From positions 74,710,001 to 74,774,000 of the forward strand of contig CM059430.1 of assembly GCA_030390025.1 (NCBI GenBank): DNA of 64,000 nt. Direction: 5' to 3'. Below are positions 1-11,744 of the stretch, piece after piece. The notes below the pieces were generated by a model. It did not search any database. It had not been told where the DNA came from and was given only the letters and a program-made list of their open reading frames with translations. A program made the translations under genes and the position numbers. The stretch comes from Squalus acanthias. Taxonomy: Eukaryota. The stretch's first letter is position 1; every line of letters begins with the position of its first letter.

Positions 1-320
1 TGGAGGTAATTGATTGAGAGACAGGCGATAAAGAGCAGCAACAAAGGGAATGTACTGTGATTGGTGGGATCCGACATATGGTGCTCCCCAGCAATCTGTG
101 TGGAAAATCAGCTTTTCACGTTATAAATCAATCACTTGAGTCATGGAATAGAGAGATGTATATCCAAGTCTGCAGGTCACACTAATGAAGGAGACACGGT
201 TAATTGTGTAGCTGACAGCAGTAAGTTAGAAAGACACATACACAGGTGAAGTAGGTGGACAACATTGTTGCAGATGATGTTCAATGTGGAAAAGTGTGAG
301 ATCATCTGCTTTGCAACTAA
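1..320 (+). mobile_element. Degraded CR1 LINE ORF2 (RT) fragment
   Basis: Decayed match to the CR1 RT segments seen in better copies in this window (GVPQGSV, SKFADDTK, WQMxFNVEKCEV), e.g. gcagatgatgttcaatgtggaaaagtgtgagatcat. Confidence 0.7.
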
Positions 321-1004
321 GAATGCCAAATCCGAATTTATGACACCTATCTCAAATTAACCCATTAAGCCCCAGTATCATTCTCGAAAACGTGCACTGT
401 ACCTCCTCCAAGGCCTATATACCTTTCCTGAGGAGCGTTGCCCAGAACTGGAGGCAAAATGTAACAAGGTGTCTGCCTATGTCCCTACCTTTGCACTTTC
501 CTTAAACATACACCGGTTTATTGCGGTTAACTGAAGCTGATTTGGTATTGCAGTCAATGGTGTCATGAAGATACCGCAGACGTATTGCACACAATAAGGT
601 CCTACACATATTAAATGTGATAATCTGACAGAATCGGTTAATCTACCAGATCTGTATGCGTACTGACTGGGACCGAGCGATAGTGCCAAGATATATGATA
701 ATTTCGCAGTGATTTCAAACCAGTAAGAATTCATTTCCGCAAATGGGAACTTAACAATAGTTGGGCAACAGAAAATGTTGCTGGGAAATTGTTATTGAGA
801 TAAGAGAGGTTATTGGCACTGACGTCAAAATTGGAATAATCCAGTCTGCTTGAACAAGTAATGATGAAAAGGCTTTTGAAAATTTACTAATAAAAGGGAT
901 AGAAATGCAGCTGCCATGGTTTGGAAATAGAAAATGCTGTTATATTTAGGTGCTCCAGGGCTGGTTTGATACTTCACCGAAGACTGGAAATTAGACGAAA
1001 CGAA

Positions 1005-1730
1005 ATGCCGGATTTTGCGAACCCTACGCGTGCGTAGGAGGTGTGTATGCGTCCGTAGGGGCCTGGCAAGTTCTGAGTTTAGGCATGCGAAGCGCATGCA
1101 CCAAAACCCGGCCCTTGAGATCTGTCAAGCATCTGCTTCACAGATCCTTCCGATCCCTTGGAGAAGGGCCTCTGCGGGTGGAGAGTTGCGCTATTTGCCC
1201 AACTGCCGGCCATTGAATGCCTGTGCAATTCTTCCGCCTGGTTAAAACAGACATGTGGCCAGTTTAAAAAAATAGAAAAATAATATTTTAACACCCATTT
1301 ATACATAAAAAACCCTATCCAATAAGGTAAGTTTATTTTTAGACCCGTTAAAAAATTTGTTTTTCCAAAAATTACATTTTCGTTTGAATATTTAATTAAA
1401 TGGCATTTCATTAATTTTAAATATGTTTTTTAATGTATTTCATGTGTTCGTGTATTTTTTAAGTGATCCACATTCATACTTTTGGGAGTTCCGTCCATCC
1501 GTATGAATGGGGATTCACTTCTATTATTGGATGGGCCTCCCCACGTGATCCCAGGGGCGCTTCCGAACCGCCTGCACACCTGGGTAACGTGGACCTCTGC
1601 CCGCGCGTACCCGGAGAGGCCTCGGATCGCAAGCCTCCAGAACTCCCGCGCCACCAGGTAAATGCGTAAATATTTTGCTGGTTGGGGGCATCCGGCCGCG
1701 GGAAGCCTCCGATCGCAAATTTTGGGCCAT
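1005..1730. mobile_element. Non-autonomous TIR element (MITE-like, possibly PIF/Harbinger-derived), hairpin-rich
   Basis: Imperfect TIRs atgccggattttgcga (1005-1020) / tcgcaaattttgggccat (1713-1730). GC-rich ends, AT-rich core, internal hairpins. Shares ccacgtgatcccagggg and aggtaagtttatttt with 7268-8044. Confidence 0.7.
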
Positions 1731-2389
1731 TCTTGGAGTCCTGTCCAGCACTTTCGGCTTAGCATCGACATTATACCTGCGATTTCTACCCTGGGGTTGA
1801 AGACCCGATCTGGCTCCGACAACAAGCCGGGTGGCTCTCTCCTTATCGCCTCCGTTGAACAGGTTTGGTCCTGACACCGGATTGCGGCTGCATTTAGAGT
1901 ATTATCTGTTTCCACGGATATCCTGCGCCAAGGCAGTATAGCGAAGAAACCAGTTAGAAAACAGCAGCAGTCGCCATCAGGGTGTCAGAAAATGTTACAT
2001 GGGTGCTGCTTAACTGTATTCGCCCAGATACTCTACAATCTGAGAGGGTCGAGTGAAAATACCAATCCCAGATTCTTCGGGATATCCTAGTAACTGGTTG
2101 TCCAACTGACAAAATCCCCAAAACATGAGCTGAGGGCAAGTAAACGAACTTCTATCACGTTGAAACCCGCCTATTACAGGTACAAATCATGCTTTCCCCA
2201 TTGTGTAAGTTCCAGATATCTCTGACTCCATAAATAGGCAGTTCCATGGCTGTATGCCTTTGCGATGGCTGAATAGGCGTTCCCTGGGTGTTGCACTTGG
2301 AAAATCGGCGAAACACTAATTTTTGGTCTCTGGTACTATCCTTTTGTTTTTATTCTCGGGATGCAGGTGATGTTGGCAAGGTAAATGCT

Positions 2390-2985
2390 TATTTGTAATT
2401 TTCCTGAGAATGTGGCGACGGGTCTTGCCTTCAAGTCCTTTCGTCCTCGTGAGGTTGCTCCCACGATCATGTTAGTTAGGTAATTGCATATTTTGGGCGC
2501 TTGTGATGCTTGGAGTACTGAATTGGCTACCAATCAATAGGACCGGTTTGTCCTTGATGGTGTAGAACCTGTTGAGATTTACTGTAGCTGTACGCATCCA
2601 GGCTAGTGGGGAATATTCCATCACTCTCCCGCCTTGTGCATTGTAGGTGGTGGAGAAGGTATCGGGAGTCAGGAGGTGAGGCCCTCGCCATATCATACCC
2701 ACCATCTGACCTGCTCTGGTAGCCACGGCATTTATGTGTCTTGTCCAGTTGAGTTACTGATCATTGGTAACACCTAATATGTTGATGGTGGGCTATTTGG
2801 CGTTGGTAATGCCATTGAATGACAAACGGAGTTGGTAATACTCTCTCTTGATGTAGACGGTCGTTGCCTGGCACTTGAGTTGTACGAATATTACTTGCCA
2901 CTTATCAGCCCTAACCTGCATGCTGCCCAGGTCTTGCTGCATTTTGGCATGGATTGCTTCGTTATCTGAGAAGTTGTGAATGCAA
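2390..2985 (-). mobile_element. Old CR1/L2-clade LINE, 3' part (continues at 5848-7060)
   Basis: Minus-strand translation QQDLGSMQVRADKWQVIF resembles the RT thumb region. Sequence is collinear with 5848 onward across the inserted plus-strand CR1. Confidence 0.65.
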
Positions 2986-2989
2986 TTAA

Positions 2990-5845
2990 ACACAAAAATG
3001 TATGTATGTAAACGCACAACATGTGGTGAATAAGATTGGTAAGCTACAAGCACAATTAGCCGTTTGGCAATATGATGTTGTGGCAATAACGGAAACGTGG
3101 CTTAAAAGTGGTGACGACTGGCAATAAATATTCAAGTTCAGAAAACATAGGAAACGAACAAAGGATTGTGGGGTGGCAGTGCGGATGAATGAAGAAATTG
3201 TAGCGTTGTAAAGGGTGTATGTTCTTGACGGGACAAGGATAGAATCCATTTAGTTAGAGTTGAGGAACAAATAGAGTATGATCACGCTATTGGGGGTTTC
3301 TATAGGGATCCAAATTATGAGAGGGAGCTCGAGGAGCAAATCTGCAGGGAAATCGCAGAGATATGCAAGAGCGATAGAGTGGTGATATTGGGGGACTTTA
3401 ATTACCAAAATATCGATTGGGATAATGCTGGGATAATGGGAAATGAGTGGAAGCAATTTCTGAAGCGTGTTCAGGAAAATTTCCTTGACCAGTATGTTCT
3501 TGGCCCAACTAGGAAGGAGGCATTGCTAGATCTCGTGCATGGTTACTGAGATGAGCCAGGTCGACCAAGTGTCTGTGGGAGAACACTTGGCCACGAGTGA
3601 TCATTGTATCATAATATTTAGATTAGAAATGGAGAGGAGCAAGGAACAATCTAGAGTGGAACTTTTTAGATTGCTACAGGGCTAACTTCAAGGGGATGCG
3701 AAAGGATCTAGCCAAGGTAAAATGGAACCAAAGACTGACAGGAAAAACTGTAACAAAGCAAAGGGTGACCTTTAAGGAGGAGATGTCCCAAGTACAGGCT
3801 AGGTTCATTCCAACAAGAGTGAAGGGTAAGGGTACCAAAGGGCTCTTTTGATGACGAGGGAGATAGAGAAGAAGATGAAACAAAATAAGAGGGTGTTAGA
3901 TGCATGTCAGGTGAATACTTCAAAGGAGAACCAGACGAAATACAATAAGTTGAGAGTGGAAGTGAAGATTAAAATAAGATTGCCAAAGAGAGAATATGAG
4001 AATAGAATGGCGGTTAACAAAAAAGGGAACCCAAAAATGTTGTACCAGCATGTAAATAATAAACGGGTAGTAAGATGCGGGTTGGGCCCTATTAGGGACA
4101 AAGAAGGTGATATATGCTTGGAGGCGCAAGGCAAGGCGAGAATATTCAATGAGTACTTGGTATCGCTGTTTACTTAGGAGCTGGATGCTGACAAAATATC
4201 AGTAGAAGTGGAAAAGGTAGAAGCAATGGAAGGGTTGAAAATTGATAGACAGGATGTACTGGACAGGCTGGGTTTGCTTAGAATGGATAAGTCGCCTGGT
4301 CCAGATGGCCTGCATACCAGGTTGCAAAGGGAATTGGGGGAGGAGATAGTGGAAGCGCTTGCCATAATTTTGCAATGTTCCATAGATGCGGGGGAGGTGC
4401 TGAGGATTGGAAAGTGGCAAAAGTGACACGATTGTTCAAGGAAGTGTGTAAGGAAAATCCTAGTAAGTACAGGCCGGTCCGTTTAACATCAGTGGTGAGT
4501 AAAGTTTTTGAAACAATAATTAAGTAAAAAATTAACGGGCCCTTGGGGAGATTTAAGCTAAATAAGGACAGCCAACGCGGATTTGTAAAATGCAGATCGT
4601 GTTTGACTAATCAAATTGAACTTTTTAACGAAGTAACAGGGAGGATTGATGAAGTGAATGCAATGAATTTTAGGAAGGCGCAGCACAAAGTACCACATAG
4701 AAGTTTGGTTAACAAAATTGAGGCTCATGGTATAGGTGGGTCAGTGGCAGCTTGGATAAGGAATTGGCTGAAGGATAAAAAACAGCAAGTTGTGGCAAAT
4801 GGCTGTTTTTCTGAATGGAGGATGGTAGACAGTGGTGTTCCCCAATGATCAGTGCTGGGGCCAATTCTTTTTGTGATATATATGAATGACCTGGATATTG
4901 GAATACAGAGTAGAATTTCTAAATTTGCTGATGATACCAAACTTGGGGTTGTCCAAACCGTGAGGATGATACCGATCGACTGCAAAAGGACATAGAAAGG
5001 CTAGCAGAATGGGCAGACAAGTGGCAGATGAAATTTAACACAGAGAAGCGTGAGGAGATGCATTTTGGCAGAAGGAACAATGACAGGCAGTATACACGTA
5101 ACGACACAGTTTTAAAGAGTGTGCAGGGACAGAGGGACCTGGGAGTTAATGTGCATATTCCCTGAACGTGGCAGGACTTATTGAGAGAGTGGTTAGCAAA
5201 GCATATTGGATCTTGGGCTTCATAAATAGAGGTAATGAGTACAAAATTTGAGACGTTATGCCGAACCTTTATAAAGCGCTGTTTAGGCCACAACTGGAGA
5301 ATTGCGTTCAGTTCCTGTCACCACACTTTAGGACGTATGTGAAGGCCCTTGAGAGGGTGCAGAGGAGATTTACCAAAATGGTTCCGGGGATGGGGGATCA
5401 TAGCGAGAAGGACAGGTTGGAGAAGCTGGATTTGTTTTCATCAGAGCAAAGGAGTTTGAGCGGTGAATTGATAGAGGTGTACAAGTTTATGACGGGTTTG
5501 GATAGTCTAGATAAGGAAAGCCTGTTCCCAATAATTCATGGTACAAGGACTCGCGGGCATATATTTAAGATATTGGGCAAGAGATAAAGGGGGGATGTGA
5601 GGAAAAACCTTTTTACGCAGCGAGTGGTGAGGACCTGGAGCTCGCTGCCGACGGAAGTGGTGGAAACGGAGTCACTCAATGTCTTCAAGGGGAGACTGGA
5701 TCGGCACTTGATGGAAGTAAACTTGCTCGGCTGCGGGGATAGAGCGGGGGAATGGGATTGACTGGATTGCTCCACCGAGAGCCGGCAATGACTCGATGTG
5801 CCGAATGGCCTCCTTCTGTGCCGTAATGACTCTATGACTCTATGT
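2990..5845 (+). mobile_element. CR1 LINE ORF2 (EN+RT), disrupted, with 3' tail
   Basis: ORF fragments KSPGPDGLH, SCLTN, SGVPQ, LENCVQF, RTRGH; endonuclease AITETWL and GDFN motifs; (ATGACTCT)n tail at about 5826-5845. Confidence 0.95.
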
Positions 5846-5847
5846 TT

Positions 5848-7060
5848 CATCAGCGAACAGTCTCTCTTCTGACCAAAGGCCATTGAGTAAGCAACTGAAG
5901 CTAGTTCGCCCTAGGGGACACTGCCTTAAGGAGCTGCTGCAGCGATAAGCTGAGGCTCAGATGATTGGCTTCCAGCTGCAAAACCACATTTGTGCTAGGT
6001 AGGTAACCAGCAATTGGAGTGTTTTTCCCCTGATCGCCATTGTTTTCAGTTGTACTGGGCCTCCTTGGTGTCACACTCTTTCGAATGCTGTCTTGAAGTC
6101 CAGGGCAGTCACTCTTACCTCATCTCTGGAATTCAACTTTTTTGTCCATGTTTGGTTTGAAGCTCTAATGAGGTCAGATTAAAGTGCCCCTGATGGAACA
6201 CAAACTAAAGATTGGTGAGCAGGCTATTGGTGAGTAAGTGCAGCTAGATAGCACTATGTACGACTCCTTCAATAATTGTGCTGAGGATTGAGTGCAGGTT
6301 CATTGTATGGTGTTCGTCCGGTTTCATTTGTCTTGCTTTTTGGAACACGAAACACCTGGGAAGGTGCCAGTGTTGCAGCTGTGCTGGAACAGCTTGTCTA
6401 GTTGCAGGGCTCGTTTTGGAGCACTGTCTTCAGCTGCACAGAAGGGATATTTTCGGGACAAATAGACTTAGCTGTGTCTCGTGCGCTCAACATCAATTGA
6501 TATCATATGAATTGAAAATTATTGGCTTCAGAGTGATATCTGTGACGGTTCGTATCTGAAGAAGAAGCCGAGAAGGATCATGCACGCAGAACATTTGGCT
6601 GTAAATGGTTTCAAGGCTTCAGCCTTTATTTTTCATTCAGTTTGCGGACCCCTCCATCATTAAGAATGAGAATGTTGATGGGGTCTCCTCTTACCATTTA
6701 TTCGCTTAATTATCCAACACAACTCGGGATTGGATGTGGAAGGACTTCAGAGCCTTGATCTGATCCGTAGTTTGTGGGACAGCTTAGCTTTGTATATGTA
6801 ATTCTGTTTCAATAATTAGCATACATGTAGTCCTGTGTTACAGCTTCACCAGTTTGGCACCTCATTGACAGGTACACCTAGTGCTGCTCTACCGGGGTTG
6901 GACGTTTGGTTTTATGGTGATGGAGGTATGAGGGATGTTCTGGACCATGAAGTTACATATTGTGGGGGAATGCAATTCTGCTGCTGGTTGGCAAGATCTG
7001 TTCTTACTCTGTCCCACTTAGGACGATGGTGATGCCATGCAGGACGATGGAACGTGTCCT
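5848..7060 (-). mobile_element. Old CR1/L2-clade LINE, RT region (5' continuation of 2390-2985)
   Basis: Minus translation near 6070-6160 gives TWTKKLNSRDEVRVTALDFKTAFERV, a decayed LDxxxAFDxV RT motif. Confidence 0.7.
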
Positions 7061-7267
7061 TGTTGCTCAAACTCCTTTCTCCTGTGGTTCACAACAACAC
7101 GTTTCGAGTAAGCATGAGACATCGTAGTGGAGTACACAGAACAGACTTTATTGATAAGCAGTAAAGATGATCAGTCTTAACTGTATACAGAGATTGGATA
7201 TTCGGTTTCTGCATCTTTCGAGTACACTCTGACAAACTGTTGGAAAAAATGATGCTTTATACACCGC

Positions 7268-8044
7268 GGGCCAAAAATTCGGCATTCCCGGGTGAGTACA
7301 CAGTCCGTACTCACCCGTAATGCGTCCCGAAGTGTCGGTTTCCTGCATGCAGTGCGCAGGCGCCGGAAACCTGACCTTCCCATATGGTGAAGAGGGCGTT
7401 TCCTAGGTGAACCGCGTGTGCGGTAGAGGCTTTGCGCCTGCAGGAAACTTAGATTTTTTTCAGGTTTTTACGTGAGAGTAAGTATTGAAGAAACTATGCA
7501 ATTAAAAGGAGGCATAGGTTCCGTTTTCAACAAGGTAAGTGGTGAATTAAGTATAATTTAAAAACATTTTCAAAAGGTTTATCATTTTTAGATACTTTAA
7601 AGACAGGTAAGTTTATTTTTATCACTTTTAAAAAGAATTTTAATTTTTTCAAAAATTTTAAATTTTTTCAAAAATTTTAATTTTTCTTTAAATTTGTTAA
7701 TTTATTTAATTATAGTTATTTTATAAATGTGCTGTTTTTTTAACTTATTTTAAATTTAGCTGTTCTTTTGGGGCAGATTTCAATTCACAGATTTTACAGG
7801 TCTCCTGTCAAATCTATGAATGAAAGATGATCTGCTGCAATTGGCTCTCCGTGGCCCACGTGATCCCAGGGGACGCATCACACTAACTAAGCCCCTGGGA
7901 CACGCAAGCACTGCGCGCCGGCACTTGGAGCAGGACCAGGAGCTGAAGTTCCCGTGGGCCCAAAACACAACGGCAGGTGCGGTAGGTAAGAGCGCGCGCG
8001 ATCCTTACCCCCGCGGCAAGCCGGAGAGGCGGATTTCTGGGCCC
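7268..8044. mobile_element. Non-autonomous TIR element (same family as 1005-1730)
   Basis: TIRs GGGCCAAAAATTCGGC / GCGGATTTCTGGGCCC; perfect hairpin cgggtgagtac-N7-gtactcacccg (7289-7317); near-perfect 18-bp hairpin at 7783-7821. Confidence 0.75.
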
Positions 8045-9654
8045 ATATTTTGACTGCAACAAAGGAAAATGTCAAAATAACATATCTATTTCCCAAGTCC
8101 CCTGGAAACAGATTATATCTGTGTAAGCAGTCAACTGTTGACGTCAGTACCATTTCCCCAACACGAGACTTCCTGATGTAACATCTTGTAGCATATTTGA
8201 TCAATTGTTATCTGTAACTAATGGATACCTACTTCACACGTTTATTCCCTAAAATTAAACATTCATAGGTGATGTCATCACGAACACTTACTTCCCTACT
8301 CAAGCATTTTACATTTCAGAAAACTAGCAATGCCTTCTCCTCAGACACTTTAATGTCATCCTGTTTATATCTTGGAAAGCGGACAATGCATTCCTTTTAC
8401 GATACCTGCGGGAAAACCTGTTGCTTTAAGATACAAAGTAGTTCGGCTGTTAAACTTTCAACTTTCACGATGTCCAACATATCCATCACTTTTTATTTCT
8501 TCTTCCTATTCCACAACGACTGTCTCGGGGTTACGCCTGCCAAATTTTCAAATATTTCGAACAGATTAAAGGTTTTATGATGCCCACTTGATTACTATCT
8601 TATCGAAAGGACACAAACATTTCTCACCCTGTTTCAGCACTACCGTCAGTATTAACTGGTCTTGCACCTACAACAATGTTGCAACAGGATGCCTACGTGT
8701 GAATATAAGAATGTATAAGGAGACTATAGTTGTTTATTAATGGATTCATGAGATGCTCCTGTTTGGAGAATTCTGTGAGCTCGGGCATGAGAGAGCTGCG
8801 AAGGAGACTGTTTGCTCTAATCTGTTTTCTGACATCAGGGTTCAGTGGATTGCATGGCTACAGCATTCGGACCTCATGAAATTATGTTAAATTTACATCG
8901 AAGGATTGATATTGATACTACACTTTATCTCAGCGGAGTGCAGAGTCTAGGAGTTCTATGACCTGAAAGATTCCCCTATATATTTTCCCTCCCAGCTACG
9001 CAAAGATCGAGATGGTTGAGCCCAAAGCCTGTATGCCCCTTGTATGGACATGTATGAGAAATGCAATTATTGGTGTCACAGACTGCTGCAGCATAGGAGT
9101 GAGCTGCAGTGGCCATCGTAGTGACTACACGCTTCGTCATCTACTGCACAGTGTCGAGGTCATGCTTGAAAAGCCCACAGAAGTTGATGGTGTAATCCAC
9201 CATAAGGTCTGATCTGTTTCCCTCAGTCCTATATGTAAGAATATATATAATAGGTAGCATAGCGATCTGGACAAACGTGGTGTTAGAAGGGGCTAATAGA
9301 GTTATAATACTCTCTGCAATACAAAAGAACAGTCAACCTGACACTGAAGTGTGGGAAGATACAGGGAAGAACATTTTTACTATGGCTCGGTTCCACAACA
9401 TCTGGGTTTAGGTTGTGAGTATTTGAGTATAATAGACTCTCTCTGTAATAAATATCTAGAACAGACAAGGAATTGAAGGCCGTGAATGTAAGGTGCAGTC
9501 AGCCATGGTTGCAGTTTGTCAGGGAACAAAAACAGACTCCATATTCGTCACACAAGTGCATGTGGTGGAGTTGAGATAACATGTAAATAATATGATGACT
9601 TCATAGCTGAAATATGTGCATGTGCTTACGGCAGTTAACGAGGAAACACTTACA

Positions 9655-11744
9655 TAACAACAGAATAACTTATGAAATAGGAGCAGGAGTAGGGAATATG
9701 GCCACTCGAGCCTGTTCCGCCATTAAGTAACATCATGTCTGATCTGATCTTGGCCTCAACGCCACGTATCTGCCGGTTCCCCATAATCCTTGACTACCCT
9801 GTAGTTCAAAAAGCTATCCATCTCAACCTTGAATATACTCAAAGAGTGAGCATCCACAACCCGCTCGGGCAGAGAATTACAAAGATTCAAATCCCTCTGA
9901 GTGAAGAAATTCCTCCTCATCTCGGTTTTAATTGGCCTACCGCTTATCCTGAGACTAGGCCATGTAGTTCCAGACACTCCATCAAGGGGAAACAACCACT
10001 CAGCATCTATTCTGTCAATCCGCTTCTGAATCTTGTATGTTTCAATAAGATCACCTCTCATTCTTCTATAGTCCAGAGAATATAAACGCATTCTACACAA
10101 TCTATCATCATAGGACAGACCTCTCATCCCAGGGATCAATCTAGTGAGCCTTCATTGCACCGCCTCCAAGGCAAGTATATCCTTCCTCAGATAAGGGGAC
10201 CAAAACTGTGCACAGAACTCCAGGTGTGGTCTCACCAAGGCCCTGTACAATTGTAGCTAGATTTCCTTACACTATACTCCAACCCCTTGCAATAAAGGCC
10301 AACATGCCATTTGCCTTCCTTATTGCTCGCTTTACCTGCATGCTTACTTTCTGTGTTTCTTTCAGGAGGACGCCCAAATCTCTCTGAAGACCAGCATTTA
10401 AAAGTTTCTCACAATTTAAAAAAATGTTCTGTTTTTCTATTCTTCCGACCAAAGCGAATAACCTCACATTTCTCTCCATTTCACTCCATCTGCCATATCC
10501 ACTCACTTAGTCTATCTATATCCCTTTGTCGACTATGTTCTCCTCACAGCTTACTGTCCTACCTAGCGCTGTACCATCAGCAAACTTGGATAAATTACTC
10601 TCGGTCCCTTCATCTAGGTCATTAAAATATTTTGTAAGTAGCTCAGTCCCCAGCACTGACCTTGCGGCACGCCAGTAGTTACAGCCTGCCAAACTGAAAA
10701 AGACCCGTTTATCCCGACTCTCTTTTTTCTATCCTTTTACCAATCCGCTATCCATGCTATTATATTACCCCCAATCTATGAGCCCTTTGCTCGTGTAATA
10801 AACTTTATATGGCGCCTTATCGAAATCCAAATATGCTACCTGCACTGGTTCCCCTTTAAATACCCTGCCAGTTACATCCTCCAAAAAAACTAATAAATTT
10901 GGCAAACACGATTTCCCTTCTTGAAACCATGTTGACACTGCCAAATCATGTTATGACTTTCTAACTGTCCTGATACCATTTCCTTAACAATGGATTCCAG
11001 CATTTTCCCGACGACTGATGTCAGCCTAACTTTCCTGTAGTACCCTACTTTATTTAGCCCTCCTTTCTTGAATAGCAGTGTTACATTTGCTACCTTCCAA
11101 TCCGCTGGGATCGTTCTCGAATCTAGGGAATTTTGGGAGATCAAAAGCAATGCATCCACTATTTCTTCAAGCACTTCTCTTAGAAACCTAGGGTATAATC
11201 CGTCAGGGGATTTGTCGGCTTTTCATCCCATTAGTTATGCTAGTACATTTTCTCTATTTATATCAATTATGTTAAGTTTCTCACCTTCATTAGTCCCTTG
11301 AATCCCCATCATTTTTGGCTTGGTTTTTGTGTCTTCTACTGTGACGACAGATACAAAGAATTTGTTTCACGATTCTGCCATTTCCTTATTCCACATAATA
11401 ATTTCTACTGTCTCAGCCTCTACGGGACCAAGGTTTACTTTTGCTACTCGTTTCGTTTTTACATACTTGTAGCAGCTCTTCCAATATTTTTTTATATTTC
11501 TTGACAGTTTTCTCTCATATTCTATGTTCCCCATTTTATCAAATTTTTTGTCATCCTTTGCTGGGTTTTGAAACTGTCTCAATCCTCAGGTTTACTAATA
11601 ATCATCGCAAAATTATAAGCTTCTTCTTTCAATATAATGCTATCGTTAACTTCGTCAGTTAGCCATGGATGGATCACTATTCCCGTGGAGTTTTTGTTTC
11701 TAAATGGAATGTATTTTTGTTGAGAATTATGAAATATTTCTTTA
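9655..11744 (-). mobile_element. CR1 LINE copy C, 3' part of ORF2 (resumes 21729-21925)
   Basis: ORFs 9756-10139, 10890-11174 and 11367-11582 encode CR1 RT/thumb segments; 3' UTR at about 9655-9755. Confidence 0.93.

Noticed and set aside
1430-1915. Overlapping 117-161 aa ORFs in GC-rich sequence
   Set aside because: They straddle the TIR element boundary, show no domain motifs, and are expected by chance in GC-rich DNA.
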